IMG/VR virus record: IMGVR_UViG_3300032332_000065
Span: 1 to 24,507 of that record
Source: a virus
Taxonomy: Duplodnaviria > Caudoviricetes
DNA length: 24,507 nt
Reading direction: 5' to 3' (one strand)
Shown: positions 9,127 to 18,905 of the stretch, one piece after another
Position numbering within the stretch: the first letter of the stretch is position 1
Layout of the letters: every line of letters starts with the position of its first letter
The notes under the pieces: generated by a model
The model's database searches: none
Seen by the model: only the letters and a program-made list of their open reading frames with translations
Told to the model about the DNA's origin: nothing
Made by a program: the position numbers and the translations under genes

Positions 9127-10032
9127 ATGTCATACAATCTGCTCGAATTAGTACAGCAAGTCACCGCTGAACTTAACCTAGCTGTACCTACATTTGTAGC
9201 TGGAAACACTAGCCAAGATGTGCAGCAAATTCTTGCGTTAATGAATCGCGCTGGATATGACTTGGTAAAAGAGCATGATTGGCAAGCATTAGAGCTTGAG
9301 TATCGCTTTTATACAACTGCTGTAACTACGACCTGTAATACTGTTGATCAATCTTATATATTAAGTAACATTCCCAGTACTACAGGTCTAGATAATACTT
9401 ATTCCATCGTAGGAACAAGTATTCCGCAAGATACTTACATTGATACAGTTACTAACAGCACTAGTCTAGTAACTACCCAGTTAGCTTCAGCAACTTCTAC
9501 AGGCGGTTCTGTTACTTTTAGTAAAACTATTTACGATTTACCGCCTGACTACGAAACCATTACAGACAACACCCATTGGGACAAAACAAAGCATTGGCAG
9601 ATGCTTGGCCCAGTAGATGCACAGCAATGGCAATGGCTAAAGTCGGGTTATATCTCAACAGGGCCTAGAGTCCGTTGGCGTATCCTTGGCAATACATTTC
9701 AAATTTGGCCACCCTACAATACCCAAGAATATCTAGGGTTTGAGTACCGTTCTAGGGGTTTTGTCAGAAGCGCGTCAGGCGAAGTTAAGAACAGCTTTAC
9801 AGCTGACACAGACACAACTGTATTGGATGATGCTGTAATTGTATTGTTGACTAAACTTAAATATTTTCAAATTAAGTCGTTTGATACTACAGCCTTAAAT
9901 CAAGATTATATGCGTTATTTAAACATCGCCAAGGCTAATGACAAGGGTTCTGCCACATTGTCCTTTGCTCCGCAACCTAGCGCAGTCCTTATCGGTTGGG
10001 CAAATATTCCTGATACTGGCTATGGGTCATAA
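9127..10032 (+). CDS. Head-tail adaptor (P22 gp4/T7 gp11-like position)
   Basis: N-terminal LLELVQQV...LMNRAG...HDWQAL helices, YDLPPDY and FQIWP motifs. Precedes the tail hub gene. Confidence 0.7.
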   Translation: MSYNLLELVQQVTAELNLAVPTFVAGNTSQDVQQILALMNRAGYDLVKEHDWQALELEYRFYTTAVTTTCNTVDQSYILSNIPSTTGLDNTYSIVGTSIPQDTYIDTVTNSTSLVTTQLASATSTGGSVTFSKTIYDLPPDYETITDNTHWDKTKHWQMLGPVDAQQWQWLKSGYISTGPRVRWRILGNTFQIWPPYNTQEYLGFEYRSRGFVRSASGEVKNSFTADTDTTVLDDAVIVLLTKLKYFQIKSFDTTALNQDYMRYLNIAKANDKGSATLSFAPQPSAVLIGWANIPDTGYGS

Positions 10033-10034
10033 TT

Positions 10035-11810
10035 ATGGCTCAAGCACAAGGTAGAAATGCAGTAACAACATCGTTATCATCCCCTATTGGTGGATGGAAC
10101 GCTAGGGATTCTTTGGCAGATATGCCACCTTTGGATGCGGTTCAAATGGTCAATTTTTGGCCTACAACAACCGATGTCCAATTGCGTAAAGGGTATACAA
10201 AGCTTTCAACGGGAATTACTGGCAAAGTCTACACAATTATTAATTACCCGTACAACAATTCGCGTGGTTATAAACTTTTTGCTTTTGCAGAAACAAAAAT
10301 TTACGATGCCACAAATGACCCTGCAACTGTAGTATTTACTGGCTTATCTAACGCCAAATGGCAATATGTCAATATTTCTACTTCTGGTGGTGATTTTATC
10401 ATTGCTTGTAACGGTGTTGACCCTACCCTGATTTATGATGGCACTTCATGGGCGTTTATGGCAACAACGCAGACTGCCCAAACTATTAGCAGTATCACTA
10501 GGGGCGGTACAGGAAATTTAACAGCTACGCTTACTACTGCCGCGCCCCATAACCTAATAACAGGTAACAGGATTACCGTTTCGGGGGCTACCCCTACACA
10601 ATTTAATGGTACTTTTGTCATTACCAAAACAGGTGCAAATACCTTTACCTACACGATGGCATCTGCCCCTAGTGGCAATGCTTCTGTGGTTGGAACTTAC
10701 ACAATAACAGGCATAACAGGCGTAAACAGCAACACATTTGTTAATGTTAATTTGTTTAAAAACCGTTTATATTTTTGTAAAAACAACAGTTTAAGTTTTT
10801 ATTATTTAGATGTTCAATCTATATCAGGCGCAGCTACAGAATTTTCTTTAGGTGCTTTTTTCCGCAATGGCGGTTATTTGCAAGCAATGGGTACATGGAC
10901 ACTTGACGCTGGTTATGGTGTTGATGACTTTGCTGTGTATGTGACTAGCATGGGCGAAATTCTTGTTTATCAGGGATTTAACCCTAGCGACACTAATAAC
11001 TGGACTATGAAAGGTCTTTGGCAAATGGGCCAAACCTTTAGCCGTAGATGTTTCTTTAAATGGGGCGGTGATCTATTACTACTAACGCAAGATGGATTAG
11101 TTCCTTTAACTTCTGCCCTTCAATCTGACCGCCTTGATCCCCGTATTAATCTGACAGATAAGATTTACTACGCTGTTTCTGTTGCCGCATCTAATTTTTC
11201 ACAAAATTTTGGTTGGCAAATTAATTATTTAGCTGCTGAAAATATGCTTATTTTGTCCATTCCTGTGGATGGTGGAATGGAGCAGTATGTAATGAACACA
11301 ATTAGCAAAGCTTGGGCGCGATTTACTAACATAGAAGCTTATTGCTTTGCTGTTTCGGGCGATCAGGATATGCATTTTGGTGGCGATGGCTATGTAGGCA
11401 GATTCTTTTATACCAATACTGACGATATAAACAATATTGTAGGAAATTGCCAACAAGCGTACAGTTATTTTGATAGTCGTGGTCAATTAAAGCGTTTTAC
11501 CCTAATTCGCCCTATTATTCAAACAGATAACGGCACTCCTACGGTTTTATGCGGTATTTCAACAGATTTTGATACCGTGCCATTAACCAATCAAATTAGT
11601 TATAACCCAGCCCTTTTAAATGTGGCTAAATGGGATGTAGCCAAATGGGATGTGGCAAGTTGGGGCGGTTTATTAACAACTACTAAAAATTGGCAAGGTG
11701 TAACAGGAACAGGTTTTGCAGCATCCGTTAATATAAATGTGGCATCGCAAGGAATAGACTTTCATTGGGCATCTACCGATTATGTAATGGAACGAGGGGG
11801 TGTCTTGTAA
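10035..11810 (+). CDS. Tail hub/nozzle protein (P22 gp10-like DNA stabilisation protein)
   Basis: PIGGWNARD start, N(F)WP...LRKGY, FKNRLYF and beta-propeller-like composition. 591 aa following the adaptor. Confidence 0.75.
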   Translation: MAQAQGRNAVTTSLSSPIGGWNARDSLADMPPLDAVQMVNFWPTTTDVQLRKGYTKLSTGITGKVYTIINYPYNNSRGYKLFAFAETKIYDATNDPATVVFTGLSNAKWQYVNISTSGGDFIIACNGVDPTLIYDGTSWAFMATTQTAQTISSITRGGTGNLTATLTTAAPHNLITGNRITVSGATPTQFNGTFVITKTGANTFTYTMASAPSGNASVVGTYTITGITGVNSNTFVNVNLFKNRLYFCKNNSLSFYYLDVQSISGAATEFSLGAFFRNGGYLQAMGTWTLDAGYGVDDFAVYVTSMGEILVYQGFNPSDTNNWTMKGLWQMGQTFSRRCFFKWGGDLLLLTQDGLVPLTSALQSDRLDPRINLTDKIYYAVSVAASNFSQNFGWQINYLAAENMLILSIPVDGGMEQYVMNTISKAWARFTNIEAYCFAVSGDQDMHFGGDGYVGRFFYTNTDDINNIVGNCQQAYSYFDSRGQLKRFTLIRPIIQTDNGTPTVLCGISTDFDTVPLTNQISYNPALLNVAKWDVAKWDVASWGGLLTTTKNWQGVTGTGFAASVNINVASQGIDFHWASTDYVMERGGVL

Positions 11811-12242
11811 ATGATTGTGGTTGCAAATACATTGGAATTAAAAGATATTGCAAATAAAATATTACTTAATGAAATTGGAGTGCAACCTTGCGGAGATTTA
11901 CAAGCAATTTTTTGGGCAAATAAAGAGAATCAAGTTGAATGGGTAGTGGGATATACAGCTTTTATAGGCAAAACTTGTCAAATGCACATGGTAAACCTAA
12001 AAGGTGGCTATACCCCTAAAGAATTGTTAAAATCAGCTTTTGATTATCCATTTAAGCAATGTGGTCTTAAAAAGGTTTTTGGAATAGTAAATAGCAATAA
12101 TGTAAAAGCTATGGAATATGACAAAAAACTAGGTTTTAAAGAAGTAAATCGTTTTGTAGAGATGCACGATGATAATGGCGATATAGTAGTTTTTGAAATG
12201 GATGAAGCTAATTGCAGATGGATTAGGGAGCGTAAAAAATGA
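11811..12242 (+). CDS. GNAT-family acetyltransferase
   Basis: AFDYPF...V-x-x-x-N-x-KA...KLGFKE motif. Typical position between tail and ejection genes. Confidence 0.8.
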   Translation: MIVVANTLELKDIANKILLNEIGVQPCGDLQAIFWANKENQVEWVVGYTAFIGKTCQMHMVNLKGGYTPKELLKSAFDYPFKQCGLKKVFGIVNSNNVKAMEYDKKLGFKEVNRFVEMHDDNGDIVVFEMDEANCRWIRERKK

Positions 12243-13117
12243 GTATATTAAGAAGCAAACATAGTGGTTGGACTTGGGAAGGCAAACGCACTCCATTTGG
12301 CGGTGGCAAAGGTTCAGCCCCACCAGCCCCCGACTATACAGCAGCCGCAAAAGAAACAGCGGCAGGCAACCTTGATGCAGCAAGAGCCGCTACTGCGGCA
12401 AATCGGGTAAATCAAGTAACGCCTTATGGCAATTTAAACTACACAATTAACGGTGCTGACCCTTACGGAAACCCTACATGGACAGCAACACAAACCCTAG
12501 CTCCTGATCAACAAAAATTATTAGATATTCAAAATCAAACCAGTCTTGGTTTGGGTAATTTAGCTGGTCAAGGCCTTGGGTATGTTCAAGATATGCTTTC
12601 TAAACCGTTTGACACAAGTGGTTTGCCACAAACAGGTTTTAATGCAGGTCAGAATTACCAAGATGCCTATATGCAACGCCTTTCACCGCAAATTAATCAA
12701 CAGCGTGAATTGTTAAACAATCAATTGTCTAATTCAGGCATTCCTGTAGGTTCTGAAGCGTGGAATCGCGCTCAAATGAATCAAGGTCAAAAAGAAAATG
12801 ACTTACTTGCCGCAGCAACTACGCAAGGATTTAATACTGGTTTGGCTGCAAATCAGCAAGGATTTCAACAACTTGGGTATATGCGGAATGAACCAATCAA
12901 TACTTTAAATGCGGTTCGTACTGGTTCACAAGTAACTAGCCCTAATTTTATAAATAACATCGCACAACAAGCTACCACTCAAGGTGCTGACTTATTGGGC
13001 GCGGCTCAAATGCAACAAAATGCTTCTCAAGCGGCTTCTAACGCTTCTAATGCTTCTTCTAGCAATTTAACAAGTGGATTAATGGGTCTTGGTGGTGCGG
13101 CAATGATGGCGTTTTAA
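12239..13117 (+). CDS. DNA ejection/pilot protein (P22 gp7-like)
   Basis: GGGKGSAPPAPDY near the N-terminus, NRVNQVTPYG, Gln/Ala/Asn-rich body and hydrophobic GLMGLGGAAMMAF C-terminus. Confidence 0.7.
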   Translation: MSILRSKHSGWTWEGKRTPFGGGKGSAPPAPDYTAAAKETAAGNLDAARAATAANRVNQVTPYGNLNYTINGADPYGNPTWTATQTLAPDQQKLLDIQNQTSLGLGNLAGQGLGYVQDMLSKPFDTSGLPQTGFNAGQNYQDAYMQRLSPQINQQRELLNNQLSNSGIPVGSEAWNRAQMNQGQKENDLLAAATTQGFNTGLAANQQGFQQLGYMRNEPINTLNAVRTGSQVTSPNFINNIAQQATTQGADLLGAAQMQQNASQAASNASNASSSNLTSGLMGLGGAAMMAF

Positions 13118-13419
13118 TGACCCCAGTAAATGAAAGTGCATGGTCATATTTTGGTGAGCCTAGCGTAGCAATATGGGAAAACGATGAATATAAGGTTTAT
13201 TCGTTTGAAGATGGAATTTCGTTACGGCTTGATATTAGTAGAAAAGATGGTAAAGATGGAATAAAATGGGATGACTTGCAACAAATTAAAGCCGATTGTG
13301 GATTTAGTCATTGTGATGCTGTCGAGTTTTTCCCTTCTGAAGTTGATGTTATTAACACAGGAAACTGGCGGCACTTATATGTTTTTTTTGACAAACTACC
13401 TTTAATTAGACGATTATGA
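13117..13419 (+). CDS. Hypothetical globular phage protein
   Basis: TAATG coupling. WDDLQQIK...AVEFFP...N-x-RHL pattern recognisable as a recurring phage family of unknown function. Confidence 0.7.
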   Translation: MTPVNESAWSYFGEPSVAIWENDEYKVYSFEDGISLRLDISRKDGKDGIKWDDLQQIKADCGFSHCDAVEFFPSEVDVINTGNWRHLYVFFDKLPLIRRL

Positions 13420-13769
13420 TAATTCCAAACAATCCATACATTCAGCAAGCGCAAGGTTTAGACCAACAAGGTTTAGCTCCTGTATATCAAAATATTGCAC
13501 AGCAACAAGCTACGCAAAATGCGGCTTTAGCTCAACAAAATCAATTAGTTAATCAAGCTGGTCAAAAACAACAGGGTGGCATAAACCCTATGGCAATGGC
13601 TATGGCATTGCGTAAAGATGGTGGCGTAACCCCATTACAAAACGCACAAGCGTTTATTAATTCTAAATTTGGTCGTGATCCATTGCAAGCTGATACTGGC
13701 GATGCTGCCAATACTGCTCAACAATATTACGGTAATACATATAATCCTGATGCAGGATGGAGTTCATAA
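13416..13769 (+). CDS. Small Gln-rich probable internal virion protein
   Basis: ATGA overlap with the upstream gene. Gln/Ala/Asn-rich, lies among ejection genes. Confidence 0.6.
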   Translation: MIIPNNPYIQQAQGLDQQGLAPVYQNIAQQQATQNAALAQQNQLVNQAGQKQQGGINPMAMAMALRKDGGVTPLQNAQAFINSKFGRDPLQADTGDAANTAQQYYGNTYNPDAGWSS

Positions 13770-15010
13770 TGGCAGATGCAATAAATCTAGGTCAAGCAGG
13801 TACATTAAGTCCTGAAGATTATGCTCAACAGCAAGCATTAAACCGCCAACAACAAATGGCAAATTTGCTTATGCAAAATACTGCCCAGCCACAAGGTCAA
13901 ATGATTAGTGGTCGTTATGTAGCACCTTCTTGGGCGCAACAATTAGTGCCTATGGCCAATATTGCAGCTTCTAAATACATTGGCGAAAAAGCAGATACAG
14001 ATACTGCTAAATTGGCACAAGCTATTAGAGGTAAACAACAAGAATCTGTGCAAAATTATATGCAAGCACTTAATCCACAGCAAACTGAATTGGCAGGGCC
14101 AACACCAAATGGTACGCCTTTACAAACCGTTAATCAACCTGATTATAGGAAAGCATTTCAAGCAGCGACAAGCCCTTATGCGCCTGCTCCATTGCAATCT
14201 GCTGGGTACGAAATGCTTAAACCTAGAACCCTTAAAAAAGGTGAAATTGAAACAACGCTTGATTTTAATACTGGAGAGCGTAGGCCAATTGGTCAAGGTA
14301 TGCCTGATTTGCCTGCTGGCATGGAATCTGCACAAATAGCACTTGGTTTGCCACAAAATCCTGCTACATGGACACCTGCACAAAGACAAGCCGCTTCTAA
14401 TTATGAAATTGGATTAAAACGGGCTAATGCAAATCAAAATACCATTAATATGCCACCAGTCGAAAGTGCTTACAATGCCGCATTTGGTAAAGGTGTTGCA
14501 GAACAAGATTTGACATTAAAGGGTATTGCTGAAGGTGCTAAAACAACCGTTGAAAATATTGCAAGACAAAAAGAAATTCTTGATAGCGGCAAATTCTTTA
14601 GCGGTAAAGCGGCTAATATTCAAAATGAATTGGCTAACTACGGTACTGCCCTTGGCATTACTGGAAAAGATGGTCAAGAAAAAGCGGCAAACACACAAAG
14701 TCTTATTAGCGGTGGTGCTGGCATAACATTAGATTCTATTAAAGGATCAGGATTAGGCGCAGGTCAAGGATTTACTGATAAAGATTTACGATTCCTTGAG
14801 GATGCTAAATCGTTTAAGATTGTTTGGAATAAAGAAAACATTGCTAGGGTTCTTGATTTGCAAGAAAGAGCCGCTATCGAAGGTGCTAAAAAATGGAATA
14901 GCCGTCATAGTCAAATTCAAAAGACAGCTACTGGCCCTATTAATGTTGGCCCTGTTGATGTTCCAAAACCATATAGCGGTCAAGTTAAATATTTAGGGCC
15001 TGAACAATAA
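13769..15010 (+). CDS. DNA ejection protein (P22 gp20-like position)
   Basis: Start placed at ATG 13769 (GGAG SD, TAATG overlap) rather than 13757. GQMISGRYVAPS motif, helical Gln/Ala-rich sequence. Confidence 0.65.
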   Translation: MADAINLGQAGTLSPEDYAQQQALNRQQQMANLLMQNTAQPQGQMISGRYVAPSWAQQLVPMANIAASKYIGEKADTDTAKLAQAIRGKQQESVQNYMQALNPQQTELAGPTPNGTPLQTVNQPDYRKAFQAATSPYAPAPLQSAGYEMLKPRTLKKGEIETTLDFNTGERRPIGQGMPDLPAGMESAQIALGLPQNPATWTPAQRQAASNYEIGLKRANANQNTINMPPVESAYNAAFGKGVAEQDLTLKGIAEGAKTTVENIARQKEILDSGKFFSGKAANIQNELANYGTALGITGKDGQEKAANTQSLISGGAGITLDSIKGSGLGAGQGFTDKDLRFLEDAKSFKIVWNKENIARVLDLQERAAIEGAKKWNSRHSQIQKTATGPINVGPVDVPKPYSGQVKYLGPEQ

Positions 15011-17031
15011 TGGCTGAAACATTTGTTGCTAAAGTACAGCTTCCTGACGGCAATATAGGCCGTTTTGAAGTGCCTGTTGGCATGAAACCTGCTGACATTG
15101 AAGAACAAGCTTTAAGTGCTTACATGGCGCAAGGGCGTACTCAAAGTCTTTTAGCACCCAAAACAACCGAAAAAAGTACACCTAAAGTATTGGCTCAAAG
15201 CGCAGGAAAAGCTGTAGCTAATATTGGTGACATTATTGCTGGCGCGCCTGAAAATTATAAGCGTTTAGGTCAGTACGCTTTAGGAAAGATGCAAGGACAA
15301 GAAGTTGAAGCACCAAGAGCGTCTACCCCATTAACTAATTATTTGGTTAAACACGGCATTTTTACCCCACAAAACGAACCTAATACCCCAGTAGGGAACA
15401 TTGCTGATTTTGCTATACAAGTTGCTCCTGCTGTTGCTAGGGGCGATGTTGGTTCTATTCCATCGTTTGCTAAAGCTATGGGCAAAAATCTTGCCGCAGG
15501 TACGGCAGGCGGTAGCGCAATAGAATTAGCTAAATCTTCAGGTATTGAAAATCCTTTTGCCCAGTTTGCTATAGGCGCAGGAACAATGGGCGCGGCTCAA
15601 GTTCCTTTTGCGTTGCGTCATACTGCCGCTAGTGTAGCTAACGAAGCTACTCGTAATGTATCGGCACAGCAAATGAAGATGGCTGATGACTTGGTAAAAG
15701 AATCTTATCGTCTAGGATCACCAATTACGGGCGCAGAAGCTTTGGCAAAGGTAACTGGTGCTAGTCCATTAACAGCAGTTCAGCGCGTTGTAGAGAACCT
15801 TCCACAGAGTTCTGAAACAATGGCTAGTTTTATGGCTCAAAGGCCACAAGCTAATGAGCAAATGGTCGCTAATGCTTTGCGTAATATTAGCCCTAATCAG
15901 CCTACATCACAAACCCCAGTAGCGTTACAACAAGCTGGTCAACAAGTTGTGCGTGGTGCTGAACAAGGTGTTACAGCAAATGTAAACCCAATTTATCAAC
16001 AAGGCATGGCAGAAATGCGTAATATTTCTGCTAACAAAGCATTGCCTGTACTGCCTGCTGAAGTTACTGCTTTAAGGAAAAATTCAGCCATTGAGGATGC
16101 AATTAATCATGTTGTAAATGATTCGTATTCGGGCGTTAAAGGTCTTTCTGCTAACGATCCTAGAACATTAAACGCGGCAAAGATTTACCTTGATGCCCAA
16201 TACAAAAACTTTTCTAAAGCAATTTCTTCTAGCGAAGATAAGGCAAAAGCTGGTAATGCTTGGGGCGCAAGTCGTGAATTAGACCAATTTTTGTCATCCA
16301 AATCGCCTATCTATGCTCAAGGTAGCAAAAACTACGAAACAGCTTACAAGACGCAAATTGAACCATTACGGGCTGGGCCAGTAGGTCAAATTGCTGAAGG
16401 TAAAGTTGGCCAAGAAACATTGATGCCTAACAAACCTGTTTCTTTATACCCTACTGACATCAAGCGTACTGTTGAATTATTGCGTAGAAAAGACCCTGCG
16501 GTTGTTCCTGAATGGACACGCCAACAATTAGAGGGAATATTTAACGAAACTGCACAAAACTTACAAAATGGGCCAAACCAGTTTGGTGGTGCTAAATTTG
16601 CGTCTACCATTCAAGGTAATAAGCAACAAAAGGCTAACTTACAAACATTAATTCAAGAATCCGCTGGTGTACAAGCATATCAAGGTTTTGAGCGTGTTTT
16701 AAACAACCTTGAAGCACAAGGCACAAGACAAGGCGCAGGTTCAGCTACATCGTTTAATAATCAATTTCAGCGTGAATTGTCTGAAGGTGGCCCATTAGCT
16801 GCGGCAAAGTTAGTATTTAAACCATCTGAAGTTGCTACAAAATATGAACAATTCCAATTAGGCAAAAACGCTAATAAATTAGCTAATATGTTAACAAATG
16901 AAGATTCTATTAAACAATTAGAAGAATTAGCAAGAACCAAGCCTAATACAGCAAAAGAGCGTTTATTAGTAAACAGTATTGTTGGCGGTTATGTAGCACA
17001 AAAACCTGAAATGACAGAGGAATCAAAATGA
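15010..17031 (+). CDS. Large DNA ejection protein (P22 gp16-like position)
   Basis: 673 aa, helical and Ala-rich, with Gly/Ala hydrophobic segments (AAGTAGGSA, FAIGAGTMGAA). Last of the internal protein cluster. Confidence 0.65.
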   Translation: MAETFVAKVQLPDGNIGRFEVPVGMKPADIEEQALSAYMAQGRTQSLLAPKTTEKSTPKVLAQSAGKAVANIGDIIAGAPENYKRLGQYALGKMQGQEVEAPRASTPLTNYLVKHGIFTPQNEPNTPVGNIADFAIQVAPAVARGDVGSIPSFAKAMGKNLAAGTAGGSAIELAKSSGIENPFAQFAIGAGTMGAAQVPFALRHTAASVANEATRNVSAQQMKMADDLVKESYRLGSPITGAEALAKVTGASPLTAVQRVVENLPQSSETMASFMAQRPQANEQMVANALRNISPNQPTSQTPVALQQAGQQVVRGAEQGVTANVNPIYQQGMAEMRNISANKALPVLPAEVTALRKNSAIEDAINHVVNDSYSGVKGLSANDPRTLNAAKIYLDAQYKNFSKAISSSEDKAKAGNAWGASRELDQFLSSKSPIYAQGSKNYETAYKTQIEPLRAGPVGQIAEGKVGQETLMPNKPVSLYPTDIKRTVELLRRKDPAVVPEWTRQQLEGIFNETAQNLQNGPNQFGGAKFASTIQGNKQQKANLQTLIQESAGVQAYQGFERVLNNLEAQGTRQGAGSATSFNNQFQRELSEGGPLAAAKLVFKPSEVATKYEQFQLGKNANKLANMLTNEDSIKQLEELARTKPNTAKERLLVNSIVGGYVAQKPEMTEESK

Positions 17032-17531
17032 GTAGAAACGGATCGGGGATTTACACTCTCCCAACTGGTAACCCAGTAGTTACAAATACCATAATTAGCT
17101 CTACATGGGCTAATTCAACGCTAACAGATATTGGTAGTGCTTTAACTGGTTCTGTGGCAGCGGATGGTCAAACACCGATGACTGGCCCATTAAACTTAAA
17201 TAACAATAAGATTACTAATCTTACTGCTGGAACTGTTGCTGGTGATGCTGTTGAATATAGCCAATTAGCTACTTATTTATCAAATCCAGTAGCAATTACT
17301 GGCGGCACAATAAACAACACAATTATTGGTGGCACAACCCCTGTGGCTGGTACATTTACTACGATTACAGGAACAAGTGTAACGGGTACATCATTTGATA
17401 CCACCAATTTTCATATTTCTGAAAGTGGTGGAAAATTGCTTTTTAAATATGGAACAACCACCATTGCTTCATTAGATTCTTCAGGAAATCTTATTGTTAA
17501 AGCCAACATAACTGCATACGGAACTCCATAA
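17028..17531 (+). CDS. Short tail fibre with N-terminal virion-attachment domain
   Basis: MSRNGSG-x-Y-x-LP...DGQTPMTG-x-L...KITNL...DAV anchor, IGGTTPVAGTFTT fibre motif, ends GNLIVKANITAYGTP. Confidence 0.75.
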   Translation: MSRNGSGIYTLPTGNPVVTNTIISSTWANSTLTDIGSALTGSVAADGQTPMTGPLNLNNNKITNLTAGTVAGDAVEYSQLATYLSNPVAITGGTINNTIIGGTTPVAGTFTTITGTSVTGTSFDTTNFHISESGGKLLFKYGTTTIASLDSSGNLIVKANITAYGTP

Positions 17532-17935
17532 TGAAGAATGGCATAGACTTTGTTTATGAATATTCTGATTTAAACCTTTTTCAAACAAGGGTAAAAGTTC
17601 TTACTGGTAGATACAGAGGACTTATTCTAGAGTTTGGTGGGTCTGTTCTTTCCCAAAAAGGTGATGAAAACTCGTTTACTTTTGACTATACACTATATGA
17701 AATACCTGAACAATTAGCTTGTTACCAGTTGCGTGGTACAAAAGAGTTTGAAGAATTTTTGGCTTATTTACTTGTTGATGTTATTAATGCAAGAAATAAA
17801 GATAAAAACGAAAAACAAAAACTTAATGAAGCGGCTAGTGCTAAAGGAAAAACTACTGCAGATATTAAAATTGCTGATTTTTGGTATCCAAAGTTAAAAA
17901 AACAACCAATAGCACAAGGCTTACAGGACTTATAA
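17531..17935 (+). CDS. Hypothetical protein between short fibre and adhesin
   Basis: TAATG coupling, fills the gap in the operon, ends QPIAQGLQDL. Confidence 0.65.
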   Translation: MKNGIDFVYEYSDLNLFQTRVKVLTGRYRGLILEFGGSVLSQKGDENSFTFDYTLYEIPEQLACYQLRGTKEFEEFLAYLLVDVINARNKDKNEKQKLNEAASAKGKTTADIKIADFWYPKLKKQPIAQGLQDL

Positions 17936-17936
17936 C

Positions 17937-18905
17937 ATGACATTAAATTCATCGGGTCCAATAAGTTTAGGCGGTGCTACTGTTGGTCAATCAGTTAATT
18001 TAGAACTAGGATTTTCTGCAACTGCCACCATTGCAATGAATACGACTGCAGTAAGAACATTAGCTGGATTTCCAACTGCTGGAACGCAGTATTCCATGTC
18101 TGATTTCTATGGTAAATCTAATAGAGCGGTAATTAGCTATACATTTACAACAAGCACAGTAAATGCTTCATTAAATGTAAGCACTATTGGCGGATATGCG
18201 GCTGGAACTTCAGATATTACTGTTACTGTTAATAGTAGCATTTATTTGTGGGCTAATAGTACAGGAAATTATGGATTAAATCTTACTGGAGCAACTACTG
18301 GCGATACTGTAACGCTTGTAAACAATGGTTATGTTATGGGCCAAGGGGGAACTGGTGCTGGAACTAATAGCGCTTCTGCTACAACTGGCGGTCCCAGCTT
18401 AAATGTTGGAGTTGGTGTAAATATTACAGTTACAAATACTAGCGGTTATATTGGTGGCGGTGGCGGTGCTGGCGGTAGATGGGCAGCCGGCTCTACAACT
18501 GGTGGCGGTGGCGGTGCTGGCGGTGGAAATGGCGGTGGTTATTATGATTGTTGTGGCCCATCATGCGGACCAGGTGGTACTGGTGGTTCAATAGGAAATG
18601 GTGGAAATTCTGGTGGAAGCCTTGCTGGAAACGGGGGCGGAAGAATTATGCCGGGAACAGACCAAAGCAACCAAGCCGGTGGAAATGGTGGAAATACCGG
18701 GCCAAATGGCGGCGGTGCTGGAAACGCTGGTGGTAGTGGCGCCCCTTATGGCGGTGGCGGCGGCGGTGGTTATGGTGCTAGTGGCGGAAGTGGTGGATCA
18801 ACTGGTGGTGCCGCTGGCGGAAAAGCCGTTAATTTAAACGGAAAAACTATTACTTGGACTGGTGGTTCTGCTAGTTCTTCCCGTGCTTATGGAGCCGTAT
18901 CGTGA
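17937..18905 (+). CDS. Glycine-rich receptor-binding adhesin (T2 gp38-like)
   Basis: N-terminal SGPIS...ELG...SMSDFYGKS, then VTLVNNGYVMGQGG and IGGGGGAGG with multiple polyglycine runs, ending GGKAV...RAYGAVS. Confidence 0.75.
   Translation: MTLNSSGPISLGGATVGQSVNLELGFSATATIAMNTTAVRTLAGFPTAGTQYSMSDFYGKSNRAVISYTFTTSTVNASLNVSTIGGYAAGTSDITVTVNSSIYLWANSTGNYGLNLTGATTGDTVTLVNNGYVMGQGGTGAGTNSASATTGGPSLNVGVGVNITVTNTSGYIGGGGGAGGRWAAGSTTGGGGGAGGGNGGGYYDCCGPSCGPGGTGGSIGNGGNSGGSLAGNGGGRIMPGTDQSNQAGGNGGNTGPNGGGAGNAGGSGAPYGGGGGGGYGASGGSGGSTGGAAGGKAVNLNGKTITWTGGSASSSRAYGAVS

Noticed and set aside
18440-18820. GGTGGCGGT-type repeats as CRISPR/VNTR or DGR target
   Set aside because: Explained by polyglycine coding; no regular spacers, template repeat or reverse transcriptase in the window.
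93-18837. Numerous short alternate-frame and antisense ORFs inside structural genes (e.g. 200-463, 2211-2486, 8584-8964, 18548-18736)
   Set aside because: Shadows of biased or repetitive codons in the real genes, with no independent start signals.
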